A DNA stretch of 64,000 nucleotides from a virus: positions 1 through 64,000 of the IMG/VR virus record IMGVR_UViG_3300020732_000008; one strand, 5' to 3'. The notes beneath the pieces were generated by a model that was not told where the DNA came from, ran no database searches, and saw only the letters and a program-made list of their open reading frames with translations. Numbering within the stretch: the first letter of the stretch is position 1; every line of letters starts with the position of its first letter. Shown here one piece after another: positions 36,357-44,374 of this stretch. The position numbers and the translations under genes were made by a program.

Positions 36357-36583
36357 CATCCTGTCTTTCTGTGAGTGGAGTGCCATTTCTTAGCACCCGC
36401 TATACCCTGCTGGGGGTTCTTTACCCGACCGTTACTTACCTCGGTTAGATTCATCTTCTTGTGTGAAGTTCCAGACTTTTCATCCGGATGGTTAAGCATA
36501 ACGTCCCCGCCAGGCTTTTGTGTAACGACGTGCTTTTGACCCTGAATGGTAGCGGTCTTTTTACGAACTTTACTCTTTGGCAT
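36356..36583 (-). CDS. small basic protein
   Basis: 75-aa ORF beginning MPKSKVRKK. Confidence 0.7.
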   Translation of the reverse strand: MPKSKVRKKTATIQGQKHVVTQKPGGDVMLNHPDEKSGTSHKKMNLTEVSNGRVKNPQQGIAGAKKWHSTHRKTG

Positions 36584-36585
36584 AA

Positions 36586-37077
36586 TTATCCTACGTTATA
36601 AATAGTTAAGTTGGCTGATGGAGATGCTGGGCGAGTCGGGTTAGTACCAGCCGCTGTAGCAAGAAGTGACATTCCAGAAGCACCTGACCACCAATGAAAT
36701 TGAATGTAATCATTTGGTACAACAGTAATTGGGGACTCAATGTTTGCTAAAACTTGTGAGCCTTGCGCTGAGGCCGTGGTAAACGTAAATCCAGATGATG
36801 GCACAATTACACCGTTTTTAGAAAACCATGTTGTAATGTGGTAGTCGCTTGTACCGCCAGTGAAGTTAAACTGACCTAAAAAGTTAAGGTTATAAGTACC
36901 CGGATTTGCAAACACGATCTTAGTAGTGTCTGAGTTTATAGACATACCCTTACTTAGGTTTGTTGTATCCCAGCTAATGACGTTATCTGAGGTTGTGCCG
37001 GCGCTAGACATGCTGGTACTTCTAGAAAAGTTGCCGTAATAAAGAGGTGTTGGTGGAGTGATTATTTTAATGCTCAT
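36586..37077 (-). CDS. C1q/BclA-C-terminal-like beta-sandwich virion protein (putative)
   Basis: I.W...N...G......KI....GTY...F and NDYIQ patterns. Confidence 0.55.
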   Translation of the reverse strand: MSIKIITPPTPLYYGNFSRSTSMSSAGTTSDNVISWDTTNLSKGMSINSDTTKIVFANPGTYNLNFLGQFNFTGGTSDYHITTWFSKNGVIVPSSGFTFTTASAQGSQVLANIESPITVVPNDYIQFHWWSGASGMSLLATAAGTNPTRPASPSANLTIYNVG

Positions 37078-37382
37078 CGGGTGTACTGCAATACTGCTAC
37101 GCTGGATGAACCAGTAGAGATAGCATAGATAGTGTCTGACTGACCTAGATCATCAAGACTTGCGGTTGCTCCCGGAGCAAGTTGAACTCCATAGCTTGAA
37201 GAAGTTACTCCTGAACCACCAAGATATACGGTAGCTGAAAGATCAACATTCTGAACAGAGAGTGTGCATCTAGCCCAAGCGGCGTAGTTCTCTCCTGTTA
37301 CGGAGTTCTGGGTTACAGTATCGGTATTTAAAGCTACAGCTGTTGAGCTATTTAAAGCCACGATTCCATGAGAGATTGCCAT
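37074..37382 (-). CDS. small beta-rich virion protein
   Basis: VQN......VYLGG..V....G..L.PG...IYAIS. Confidence 0.6.
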   Translation of the reverse strand: MAISHGIVALNSSTAVALNTDTVTQNSVTGENYAAWARCTLSVQNVDLSATVYLGGSGVTSSSYGVQLAPGATASLDDLGQSDTIYAISTGSSSVAVLQYTR

Positions 37383-37550
37383 TTATCCTTTTACCTTCTT
37401 TAGATTTGGGTTCTTCTTCTTTGCAGAAGCAGAAGCTTTGCGGGTCTTAGAAGCAACAATGGCTCCAGCTTGTTCCTTGGTATAGCCTTCGGCTTCTACT
37501 TTCTTTTGAACAGCTTTAAATCCTGGATGCTCTTTACTTTTTTTTGCCAC
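37383..37550 (-). CDS. small Lys-rich protein (55 aa)
   Basis: Manual translation MAKKSKEHPGFKAVQKKVEAEGY...KKKNPNLKKVKG. Confidence 0.7.
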   Translation of the reverse strand: MAKKSKEHPGFKAVQKKVEAEGYTKEQAGAIVASKTRKASASAKKKNPNLKKVKG

Positions 37551-37668
37551 TCTTCTTCACTCTCTCTGGTAGTTTCTTTCCTTTAGGAGTCTTAGCTTCA
37601 AACTCCGCAGCAAGTTTAGGGTTTTTGGCGTAGAGTGCTATACGTTGTGCCTTTGATTTAAAAGGCAT
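37534..37668 (-). CDS. small Lys-rich protein (44 aa)
   Basis: MPFKSKAQR...TPKGKKLPERVKK; likely start within ORF 37534-37758. Confidence 0.7.
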   Translation of the reverse strand: MPFKSKAQRIALYAKNPKLAAEFEAKTPKGKKLPERVKKSGKKK

Positions 37669-38239
37669 CGCCATCATCCGTAAATGCTGAGTATCCTGCA
37701 AATGTTGTAAACTGAGGATCGTTGACGAGCTCTTCGGCGTTAACCTGGACACAGTCAATAGTCACCAGTGTGTACTTACCCTTAATAATACCCTTTGGCT
37801 GGATCTGATCTGGGGTAAATACTTCATTTCTAAAAACAATACGATCACGTAGAAACTCATCTGGGTTATCAGTGAGGTTCTGGATCTTGCTGGCTTTGGG
37901 GAAACTTGAGCCAGAAATAGGGGTGTGTTGTTCAATGACGTCCATATTGACGGTCACACGCAAGATATCGGTATTGTAGAAACCACGATCTCCCTGCATG
38001 GTCACGCCTTGGAATAGAGCAGCCTGCACAACAGGAATGGTGTGGGGACCATCAAAGATACGACCACCAGTATTAGCGCCCACATCGTAGATGGGGTCAA
38101 TAGAAGAAAGGGCAGGATCGTAGTAGTACCAGTCAATAGACTGACCTACTGTGTAGACGAGCTCTTTGGTAGTGCCGGAGATTATGCTAGCTCTTTCAGA
38201 GTCTATGGTAAAACGACCCTGGACTCTTTCACCACGCAT
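37658..38239 (-). CDS. head closure / head-tail joining protein (putative)
   Basis: DPIYD.G, GFY..D, DRIVF; position between the head accessory block and the tail. Confidence 0.6.
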   Translation of the reverse strand: MRGERVQGRFTIDSERASIISGTTKELVYTVGQSIDWYYYDPALSSIDPIYDVGANTGGRIFDGPHTIPVVQAALFQGVTMQGDRGFYNTDILRVTVNMDVIEQHTPISGSSFPKASKIQNLTDNPDEFLRDRIVFRNEVFTPDQIQPKGIIKGKYTLVTIDCVQVNAEELVNDPQFTTFAGYSAFTDDGDAF

Positions 38240-38241
38240 GT

Positions 38242-38508
38242 TTACTCTCCTGCTTCAAGATCCTCGTCTGTCAATTGTACAGCGCTCAGGTTCATCTGAC
38301 CCCATTTACCTACAGGACACTCAGCATTAGGGAGCTTAGTCTTGAGGTTCATAAAGCAACCACACTCTTTACACTGATGTGTAAGGGCAATGAAGTGCTC
38401 ACATCCCTGGCATATCTCATAGCGGGCAGCAGCTACAGTCTCTGTAACTCTGCCTATCTTTTTATTAAAGAGGTCCCAAGGTCTAGCTGGACGATCTGCT
38501 TCACTCAT
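38242..38508 (-). CDS. small six-Cys protein (DUF6171-like)
   Basis: R..IC..C...QC..CGCF...K......CP.GKW; probable start MSEAD (ATGA overlap). Confidence 0.75.
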   Translation of the reverse strand: MSEADRPARPWDLFNKKIGRVTETVAAARYEICQGCEHFIALTHQCKECGCFMNLKTKLPNAECPVGKWGQMNLSAVQLTDEDLEAGE

Positions 38509-39170
38509 TTGTAACTCTTTCTCTGCCACCAGTTCTTCTTATAAACACCAAATGGGGGATTAAGGATTCTATATGCTTCGTTATGTTGCATCTCACCCTT
38601 CTTGCTATCTCGTACTTCCATTTCCCAATCTTCTCTTTTAAAGGGAATGCATTGGATCATTGGTGTGCCTGCTTCAATAATTCCAGTCCAACCCTTCTTT
38701 AAAAGAAAGGGATAGTTGACTACTACAGGGTGTACGTCCGTATCGACCACAGCAGTTAATGACTTAAAAGGAAGATCGGTTCTATTAATTGGGTGGGTAA
38801 ATAGGGTGCTATAGCCCTTGGGTGTCTTAATTCTAAAACTGCTATTGAACTTCCAAGGATGTTCTCCATCTAAGTCTTCATCGATCTCAGCGTTAGTCAC
38901 CTGATACTTTGTGTGACTAGATACCGGTTTTGATAGGATGGAGTTATGCCTCCACTCTTCACCTGTGAATTCAATATCACAGGGAACTGGAACCATGTAC
39001 CCGGCAGTCATTCCATCTAAAAATGGGATGCAAGTTTTAACAGTGATGATCTTATCTTCGCCCACCATAGGTATGGCTTTATACCATTCAGGGATAAACT
39101 TAGATGCAGGACCGGGAGCAAGAATATCCAGGTCAGGATTTTCCCTTAGAAACTCAATCTTTTTTGACAA
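38505..39170 (-). CDS. DUF6065-like protein, paralog 2
   Basis: P.PA....P.W, KTCIPFLD...GY, TPKGYS.LF.HP.N, D.D, GTP..Q.IP.KR..W; TTG start after AAGGAG. Confidence 0.7.
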   Translation of the reverse strand: MSKKIEFLRENPDLDILAPGPASKFIPEWYKAIPMVGEDKIITVKTCIPFLDGMTAGYMVPVPCDIEFTGEEWRHNSILSKPVSSHTKYQVTNAEIDEDLDGEHPWKFNSSFRIKTPKGYSTLFTHPINRTDLPFKSLTAVVDTDVHPVVVNYPFLLKKGWTGIIEAGTPMIQCIPFKREDWEMEVRDSKKGEMQHNEAYRILNPPFGVYKKNWWQRKSYK

Positions 39171-39510
39171 GTGTCTCTCCTTCAGCTGGAGTAAATGTTT
39201 TAGACACATTATCGTACGTCCAACCTATTGTTGGGCGTACTGGGTAAATAGTAGGGTCTAAGCTAATAAACACTGGCTCGCTTAGTAGTATTGCTGCTAA
39301 CCTATCGTTTACTCCTATAACTTCAACAACCTCATTGTCTATGAGTACAGCGATATTGTGTACTACTACTGGAGGTAGGTCAGTGATCTTCCCCGCTTCA
39401 ACAGGGCGTCTATCAGAAGTCTTTTTAACTAAGTACTCACCTAGCTTATGAGCTGTCCATTTAGGTAGGCTCATACAGGTTGCAACAAATGGCTTATTCT
39501 TTTTAAACAT
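39154..39510 (-). CDS. small GWTYD-motif protein, putative fibre chaperone
   Basis: IAVLIDNEV.EV......AA..LSEP.F...IGWTYD; paralog of 40228-40512. Confidence 0.65.
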   Translation of the reverse strand: MFKKNKPFVATCMSLPKWTAHKLGEYLVKKTSDRRPVEAGKITDLPPVVVHNIAVLIDNEVVEVIGVNDRLAAILLSEPVFISLDPTIYPVRPTIGWTYDNVSKTFTPAEGETLVKKD

Positions 39511-40187
39511 TATCTGTATACCTTCTTTACCCACAAAAACTTCTTATAAAAGTGCTCGTTATCTCTGGTTATTGAACCCTGTCTAATTGCTGTATTAGAA
39601 AGACCAAAGTCGATCATACTCTTCCATGAAGCTCTCTTTACAGGAATAACCTGAGCAAATGGAGTGCCAGCGACTATTCTTCCTTCAAAATCTTCTTTAA
39701 TAAAGAAGGGGATATTACCGTAGTTATAGTACTTGTCACTATCCATATATGCGCTAAGTGTAGTAAACGGTAGATCATGATGGTTGTAGGGATGGGTAAC
39801 AATAGTGCTCCAACCTCGTGGAGTTTTCCAACCCCACTTAGAGCTCCAGACCATTCCATTAGGAGAGTGTCCAGCAGGACGTGGGATTGTTGAACCTAGT
39901 TCAACTGGGCGTTCTCCAATAAATCCCTCCCAACCATCGGGAGCGTTCCAACGAATATTTTGAGTGCCGTCTTCATTTTTAGTAACAAAGATATCAAATG
40001 GGGTTACTAACATGTATCCACTGATCAAAACATCTAAAAAGGGTATGCAGGCCTTCATACCGGGATCACCGGTAGAAAGCTCTAGCTCGCCCTTCTTCCA
40101 CCAACCAGGAACAAAGTTCTTTGCTGGTTGGGGTACACCTACGGACGAGTTAATGCCGGTGGATGGCACAAATCTAATAAGCTTCAT
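39510..40187 (-). CDS. DUF6065-like protein, paralog 1
   Basis: PQPA...VP.W, KACIPFLD...GY, TPRGWS...HPYN, GTPFAQVIP.KR..W. Confidence 0.7.
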   Translation of the reverse strand: MKLIRFVPSTGINSSVGVPQPAKNFVPGWWKKGELELSTGDPGMKACIPFLDVLISGYMLVTPFDIFVTKNEDGTQNIRWNAPDGWEGFIGERPVELGSTIPRPAGHSPNGMVWSSKWGWKTPRGWSTIVTHPYNHHDLPFTTLSAYMDSDKYYNYGNIPFFIKEDFEGRIVAGTPFAQVIPVKRASWKSMIDFGLSNTAIRQGSITRDNEHFYKKFLWVKKVYR

Positions 40188-40194
40188 ATGTTCC

Positions 40195-40228
40195 TTCTTA
40201 TACTCCGAATTATTAAAAGATTATATAT
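40195..40228 (-). promoter_or_regulatory. possible internal promoter
   Basis: AT-rich intergenic gap with TATAAT, upstream of the AAGGA RBS of gene 40187. Confidence 0.35.
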
Positions 40229-40512
40229 TACGCCTTAGGAAGACCTGTAACTGGATCTAAAGTTTGAGGAGAAGCTAAGTTTGCATTAGGGTTTGTAAAG
40301 ACCCCCGTAGCAGCATCGTAGGTCCAGCCCATTTGAGCTTGCCCATTCTCGATCTGTACGAAGGTAGGCTGCGCCATGAAACGTGCAGCATCTACACCCT
40401 GAAGATTCATAACCTGATTTACAACGCCATCAATAATGAGGGCTATAAAGTAAGGTTGTGTAGGAATCGCCACAGGTTGAGGTACTGGTGGTAGTGGGGG
40501 GAGCGTTGTCAT
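40228..40512 (-). CDS. small GWTYD-motif protein, putative fibre chaperone
   Basis: IALIIDGVV.QV......AA.F..QPTF...GWTYD. Confidence 0.65.
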   Translation of the reverse strand: MTTLPPLPPVPQPVAIPTQPYFIALIIDGVVNQVMNLQGVDAARFMAQPTFVQIENGQAQMGWTYDAATGVFTNPNANLASPQTLDPVTGLPKA

Positions 40513-40524
40513 TGCTGACCTTTC

Positions 40525-41679
40525 TTAGTAATTTGGAGTAGCGCTGTAGTCATCCAGGGAATTACCCTGGTTGTATGAAGAAGGTGAAAGAACTATACCA
40601 TAGGTGGTTGATACGGTGGCTCCTGTAGCCGTGTAGACAAGGTCAGATCCTACCTGTGTTACCAGATTATCAGAGTAAACCTTTATGTCTATATTCTTAT
40701 TATTTTGGTTGGCTGTAACTGAAAAGGCCTTGATAACTGAGGCTACGGTCCACTGATACAGCTGGCTTACCGCATTAGCTATAGACTGCAGTACCTGGAC
40801 AGTAACTGGGTAACAGGTCTGGCAATTACAGGAATAGTTAGTTCCAGCAACATAGGAACAGCTATTGCAACCAGAATAATAGGTGTTTCCGCTAACGCAG
40901 CTATTGCAACCTGAATAGTAGGGAGTTCCTGCGTTTGTATTACAGGTCTGATCTGAGTTACAACTGTTGCATCCCGCATAGTAGGTGTTTTGATAGCAAG
41001 GTCCGGCAGCGTTAACGTAGTTATAACAACCGTATCCACCACCAGAACCACATCCATAACAGCATATTTGAGCCGCATTTCCAGGTACACAGTACTGGTT
41101 AGTACCACAGGGGCTGTGGGTACAGTACTGGTTACCAGCGTATGTGCAGTATTGGTTTCCAGCGTTAGTTCCACATACGGAGCTATTGCAATATGAATTA
41201 GATCCACAAGGGTTACTATTACAAGCAGTGTATCCGTTATTACAGGTCTGACAGTTACAGCTAGTAGAGCTTTGACTTGATGTTACAGCAAACCAGTTTC
41301 CGCTATCTGTAGCCCACAAAACTAGTCCTGTTCCATCTCCGGCACTATCAATAGTTTGGGTTACTGAGGCTGCTCCCTGACCAATGCTTTGAGTGGCGAT
41401 AGGGTATGTTGAAGGGTTGTCAGTAGTAGTAGCAGCGCCGGTTTTAACAAACCAGTTGCCTCTAAGAGCGGTCCAGGGTTGTCCGCTATCAGCGGTGCCT
41501 AAACCGGTAGTGGTATCTGCACGAGTAAACGTATCAGAGATTAAGGCAGCAAACCAAAGTCTCCAAGTGGTTCCTACCTTTACAAAGCCCTGGCTTACAG
41601 TTCTCCAAGAATTACCGACTTTTACATTGACGCCTGAAATTGTGCGCCAGGTACCATTTATGTTTACCTTACCAGTCAT
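40525..41679 (-). CDS. fibre-tip protein with a mirror-symmetric 26-Cys insertion
   Basis: Three N-terminal (K)V-x-G-x-W-R-like repeats; D.F.RAD...LG.A..G..W beta-sandwich start; 150-aa Cys/Asn/Tyr-rich insert. Confidence 0.7.
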   Translation of the reverse strand: MTGKVNINGTWRTISGVNVKVGNSWRTVSQGFVKVGTTWRLWFAALISDTFTRADTTTGLGTADSGQPWTALRGNWFVKTGAATTTDNPSTYPIATQSIGQGAASVTQTIDSAGDGTGLVLWATDSGNWFAVTSSQSSTSCNCQTCNNGYTACNSNPCGSNSYCNSSVCGTNAGNQYCTYAGNQYCTHSPCGTNQYCVPGNAAQICCYGCGSGGGYGCYNYVNAAGPCYQNTYYAGCNSCNSDQTCNTNAGTPYYSGCNSCVSGNTYYSGCNSCSYVAGTNYSCNCQTCYPVTVQVLQSIANAVSQLYQWTVASVIKAFSVTANQNNKNIDIKVYSDNLVTQVGSDLVYTATGATVSTTYGIVLSPSSYNQGNSLDDYSATPNY

Positions 41680-41915
41680 TACACGTATACCAACCAGACG
41701 TCGCCATCTTGACCCTGGCTATTTGTAGGGGTTGCAATAGAGGATGTAGTGTTTCTTACAACATTGAGGGAGCTGTTTGAGGTTGTTACTTGTCCGTTAG
41801 AAACGGCCACAGCACCGAGTGATGTGGCGGTAATTCCTAGAGAAGCTGCACTAATCTGTGCAGATCCAAACGATACCCATTGATTTGTAGATGCATTCCA
41901 TTTAGCGATAGTCAT
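41679..41915 (-). CDS. small fibre adaptor protein
   Basis: N-terminal KWN....W; C-terminal P....G.DGDVW. Confidence 0.6.
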   Translation of the reverse strand: MTIAKWNASTNQWVSFGSAQISAASLGITATSLGAVAVSNGQVTTSNSSLNVVRNTTSSIATPTNSQGQDGDVWLVYV

Positions 41916-42496
41916 TAGTTAACTCCGTAGACTAATGCGGTTCCTGACATGGAGCCGGTAGACAATACAAGGTTTACAGAAGAAATTGCTACAGAAGATT
42001 TATAGAGACCGGCTGCCATAATAGCTGTTCCGTTATTTCCCTCTAAACGTCCCATCTGCCAAGATGTAGTATCCTGAGTATCTTGAAGAGTTATGATCAA
42101 TCCGTTAGTAGTCACTCCAGAAGATAGTGGTACTTGAAACAGAGCAGATGTGATAGTTGATCCACCAATAATGGCTCCAGCATAATCAGAGGAGCCGGTG
42201 CCGCCATCACTATTTAAAGTGATAGTAAGGTTAGCGGCAGCACTAGCGGTTAGTCCTTGAATTACGATACATACATCTTTATATGATGGGTTTACTGCAA
42301 GGTTAACAGTTCCTCCGCTTAGGGTGACCTGAGACATTAGGTTCTTTCCAGCATTGTTTAACGGGCTGGCATTCATCCACACATCGCCATCAGATGGGTT
42401 TGAAGGGGTATTGGTTCCTACAAACAGTCTGCTGCTTGCATTAGTGTCTGTAAATCTAAGGGGACTTGAGGGTACCCCGTTTTTTGCTACTGCCAT
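41915..42496 (-). CDS. fibre-associated structural protein
   Basis: FVG..TP..P.DGDVW, then a beta-rich domain ending G....YGV. Confidence 0.6.
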   Translation of the reverse strand: MAVAKNGVPSSPLRFTDTNASSRLFVGTNTPSNPSDGDVWMNASPLNNAGKNLMSQVTLSGGTVNLAVNPSYKDVCIVIQGLTASAAANLTITLNSDGGTGSSDYAGAIIGGSTITSALFQVPLSSGVTTNGLIITLQDTQDTTSWQMGRLEGNNGTAIMAAGLYKSSVAISSVNLVLSTGSMSGTALVYGVN

Positions 42497-42507
42497 TTAC
42501 TTACTCC

Positions 42508-42849
42508 TTAGGAGAGCTCTGAGCCAAAAGCCTGGAATGCCAAGCCGGTGCTGGTGCTATACGCACCGATTAGATCGTTAGGAGCTAAGGTAATTCCAAG
42601 GGTATAGGTGATAGTTTCACCGGCTGCTACGGAAGCACCGTAAGCGATGTATTGCTTTGTTGAGAGGGTAGCCCCACCCTGACGTACGGCAATGTTATAC
42701 GTGGCAGTGTTACTGCTGGTATTGCATACAGTTATTGTTGAGATTACTGAGCCGAGGACGTTGCTGTTAACTGAGTAGATTACCGACTCATTTGTACCTA
42801 CGCCTGATGTGGGATTAACCTGCCCCAGGATTTTATAAGCTGTTGCCAA
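42508..42849 (-). CDS. small beta-rich virion protein
   Basis: MATAYKILGQ...STI.VCN...GITL...D...FGSE; distant paralog of 49610-49912. Confidence 0.65.
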   Translation of the reverse strand: MATAYKILGQVNPTSGVGTNESVIYSVNSNVLGSVISTITVCNTSSNTATYNIAVRQGGATLSTKQYIAYGASVAAGETITYTLGITLAPNDLIGAYSTSTGLAFQAFGSELS

Positions 42850-43936
42850 CTGAAGGCTCCTTTAAATAGAAAGCAAGATTTTGTTGAAGACGTACTTCAT
42901 TTGGTTGCAATTCTACAGCCTTAGTGCCATATTTAATGGCTCTTTCTAAGAGAACTTTAGCCTCTTCAAGATCAGATTCAGTGGTAGATAGGTAATAGCA
43001 GGATATGGCAGCATAATCCCAAGGCTGTGGTCCCCACGCCCATGACTCACATAGGAAATCCAAAGGCTTTTCTTCAATAGATAAAGCTAAAGTAGATGCT
43101 TCTAGGCATTCTTCCCAACGCTTTTCTTCATAGTAAAGCTTAGCCAATTCCACATAAGCTTCACGACGTGCAGGGTCTTCTTCTACAGCTGCCTTAAACC
43201 ACTTGATCATTTCCTCTAAATCTGGGGAAACCATATTAGCTATGTAACGCATAGCTGCAGCACGCTCTGGCTTCCATTGAGCATGGGGCATAGATAGGTA
43301 TCGTTTAAACTCCTCAATTGCTTGAGGATATTGGGTGTGAAAGAAAAGCTCACGGGCATAGTAGAAAGAACTCCGCTCATCATTGGGAGCTTCTTGAACT
43401 GTAAGAGCTAAAAGAGGCAGGTACTGTCCACGTGATTTAGATGCATCAGCACGGTGGTGTATCTCAAGATCAATATACTCTGCCGTCTCTTCAATGCGGT
43501 CTGGGACTAGGATCTCGTGTACGGCATTCTTCCAACGATACCCATGACGTGTGTGGATGTGATCCCCACCAAAGGTTAATCCCGGGGTACCATCTGGATT
43601 AAAGTTCCAAGTGTACTGGTAACGAGGTCGTGTGACCTTGGTCTTTTCAAGAGCCTTACGCCATCCAGGCATAAGCATCTCATCCATATCGACGGATACA
43701 CAATAGTCAATGTTGTCTGGAAGTAGGGCTAGGGCCGCATTACGGGCGTCATCAAACCGCCAAGGCTTAACGCTGATTGTGTGGCACACAATACCAAGGG
43801 ACTTAGCTAGCTCTACGGTTTTATCTGTAGATCCAGTATCAACTATCATAAGATAGTCAGCGTCCTTATTGTGCTGAGCCCAACGAGCTACATGCTGCTC
43901 TTCATTAAGGGCAATAGTGTATACAGCTATTTTCAT
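42833..43936 (-). CDS. GT2-family glycosyltransferase with C-terminal TPR repeats
   Basis: I..NEE, VDTGSTD.T, F..ARN.AL, DMDE (DxD), W...VHE, helical TPR-like C-terminus. Confidence 0.9.
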   Translation of the reverse strand: MKIAVYTIALNEEQHVARWAQHNKDADYLMIVDTGSTDKTVELAKSLGIVCHTISVKPWRFDDARNAALALLPDNIDYCVSVDMDEMLMPGWRKALEKTKVTRPRYQYTWNFNPDGTPGLTFGGDHIHTRHGYRWKNAVHEILVPDRIEETAEYIDLEIHHRADASKSRGQYLPLLALTVQEAPNDERSSFYYARELFFHTQYPQAIEEFKRYLSMPHAQWKPERAAAMRYIANMVSPDLEEMIKWFKAAVEEDPARREAYVELAKLYYEEKRWEECLEASTLALSIEEKPLDFLCESWAWGPQPWDYAAISCYYLSTTESDLEEAKVLLERAIKYGTKAVELQPNEVRLQQNLAFYLKEPSVGNSL

Positions 43937-43948
43937 AGCTTAAGTATA
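43937..43948 (-). promoter_or_regulatory. putative leaderless-transcript -10 element
   Basis: TATACT-TAAGCT-ATG with no SD sequence. Confidence 0.55.
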
Positions 43949-43951
43949 GCG

Positions 43952-44374
43952 TTAGTTAGTACCAGCTAAGTTAGACATAACTTGACGGCCATAGATTGTG
44001 GTTCCACCGTCAGGGCTAAGGAACTCATAGATGCTACGAGCAGTAGTAGCCTGTCCCGGAGCAGTTCCAGCGTGCCAAGTAATTCCCGTCCAAGTAACTG
44101 TATAGGTAGATGGGTTAGAAATCTCTAAGTACCACTTATGGGCGTATGTTGATGGCATAGTTGCAACATTCCAAGATAGGGTTGCATTACCAGAAAGAAC
44201 AACCTTTGAGTACCCGCTACCAGCATTTGTGCTTCCAGCGATATTCTGATTAGGTGCTCCTAAAGAGACAGTGCCAGAGACTCCAGTTGTATATGAACCT
44301 GTGTAAGTTGTTCCAGCGTTAATGTATGCAAGAGTATTCTTTTGCATAGGCTGTGGATATTCTGTAATAGGCAT
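43952..44374 (-). CDS. virion accessory protein, paralog 3 of a tandem trio
   Basis: C-terminal W..GTAP...F.SPDGG.TIYG. Confidence 0.65.
   Translation of the reverse strand: MPITEYPQPMQKNTLAYINAGTTYTGSYTTGVSGTVSLGAPNQNIAGSTNAGSGYSKVVLSGNATLSWNVATMPSTYAHKWYLEISNPSTYTVTWTGITWHAGTAPGQATTARSIYEFLSPDGGTTIYGRQVMSNLAGTN

Noticed and set aside
40525-41679. RiPP precursor interpretation of the Cys-rich gene
   Set aside because: The Cys-rich part is embedded in a 384-aa fibre-like protein, and no radical SAM, LanM, YcaO, protease or exporter gene is nearby. A modification role for the neighbouring genes is kept only as a hypothesis.
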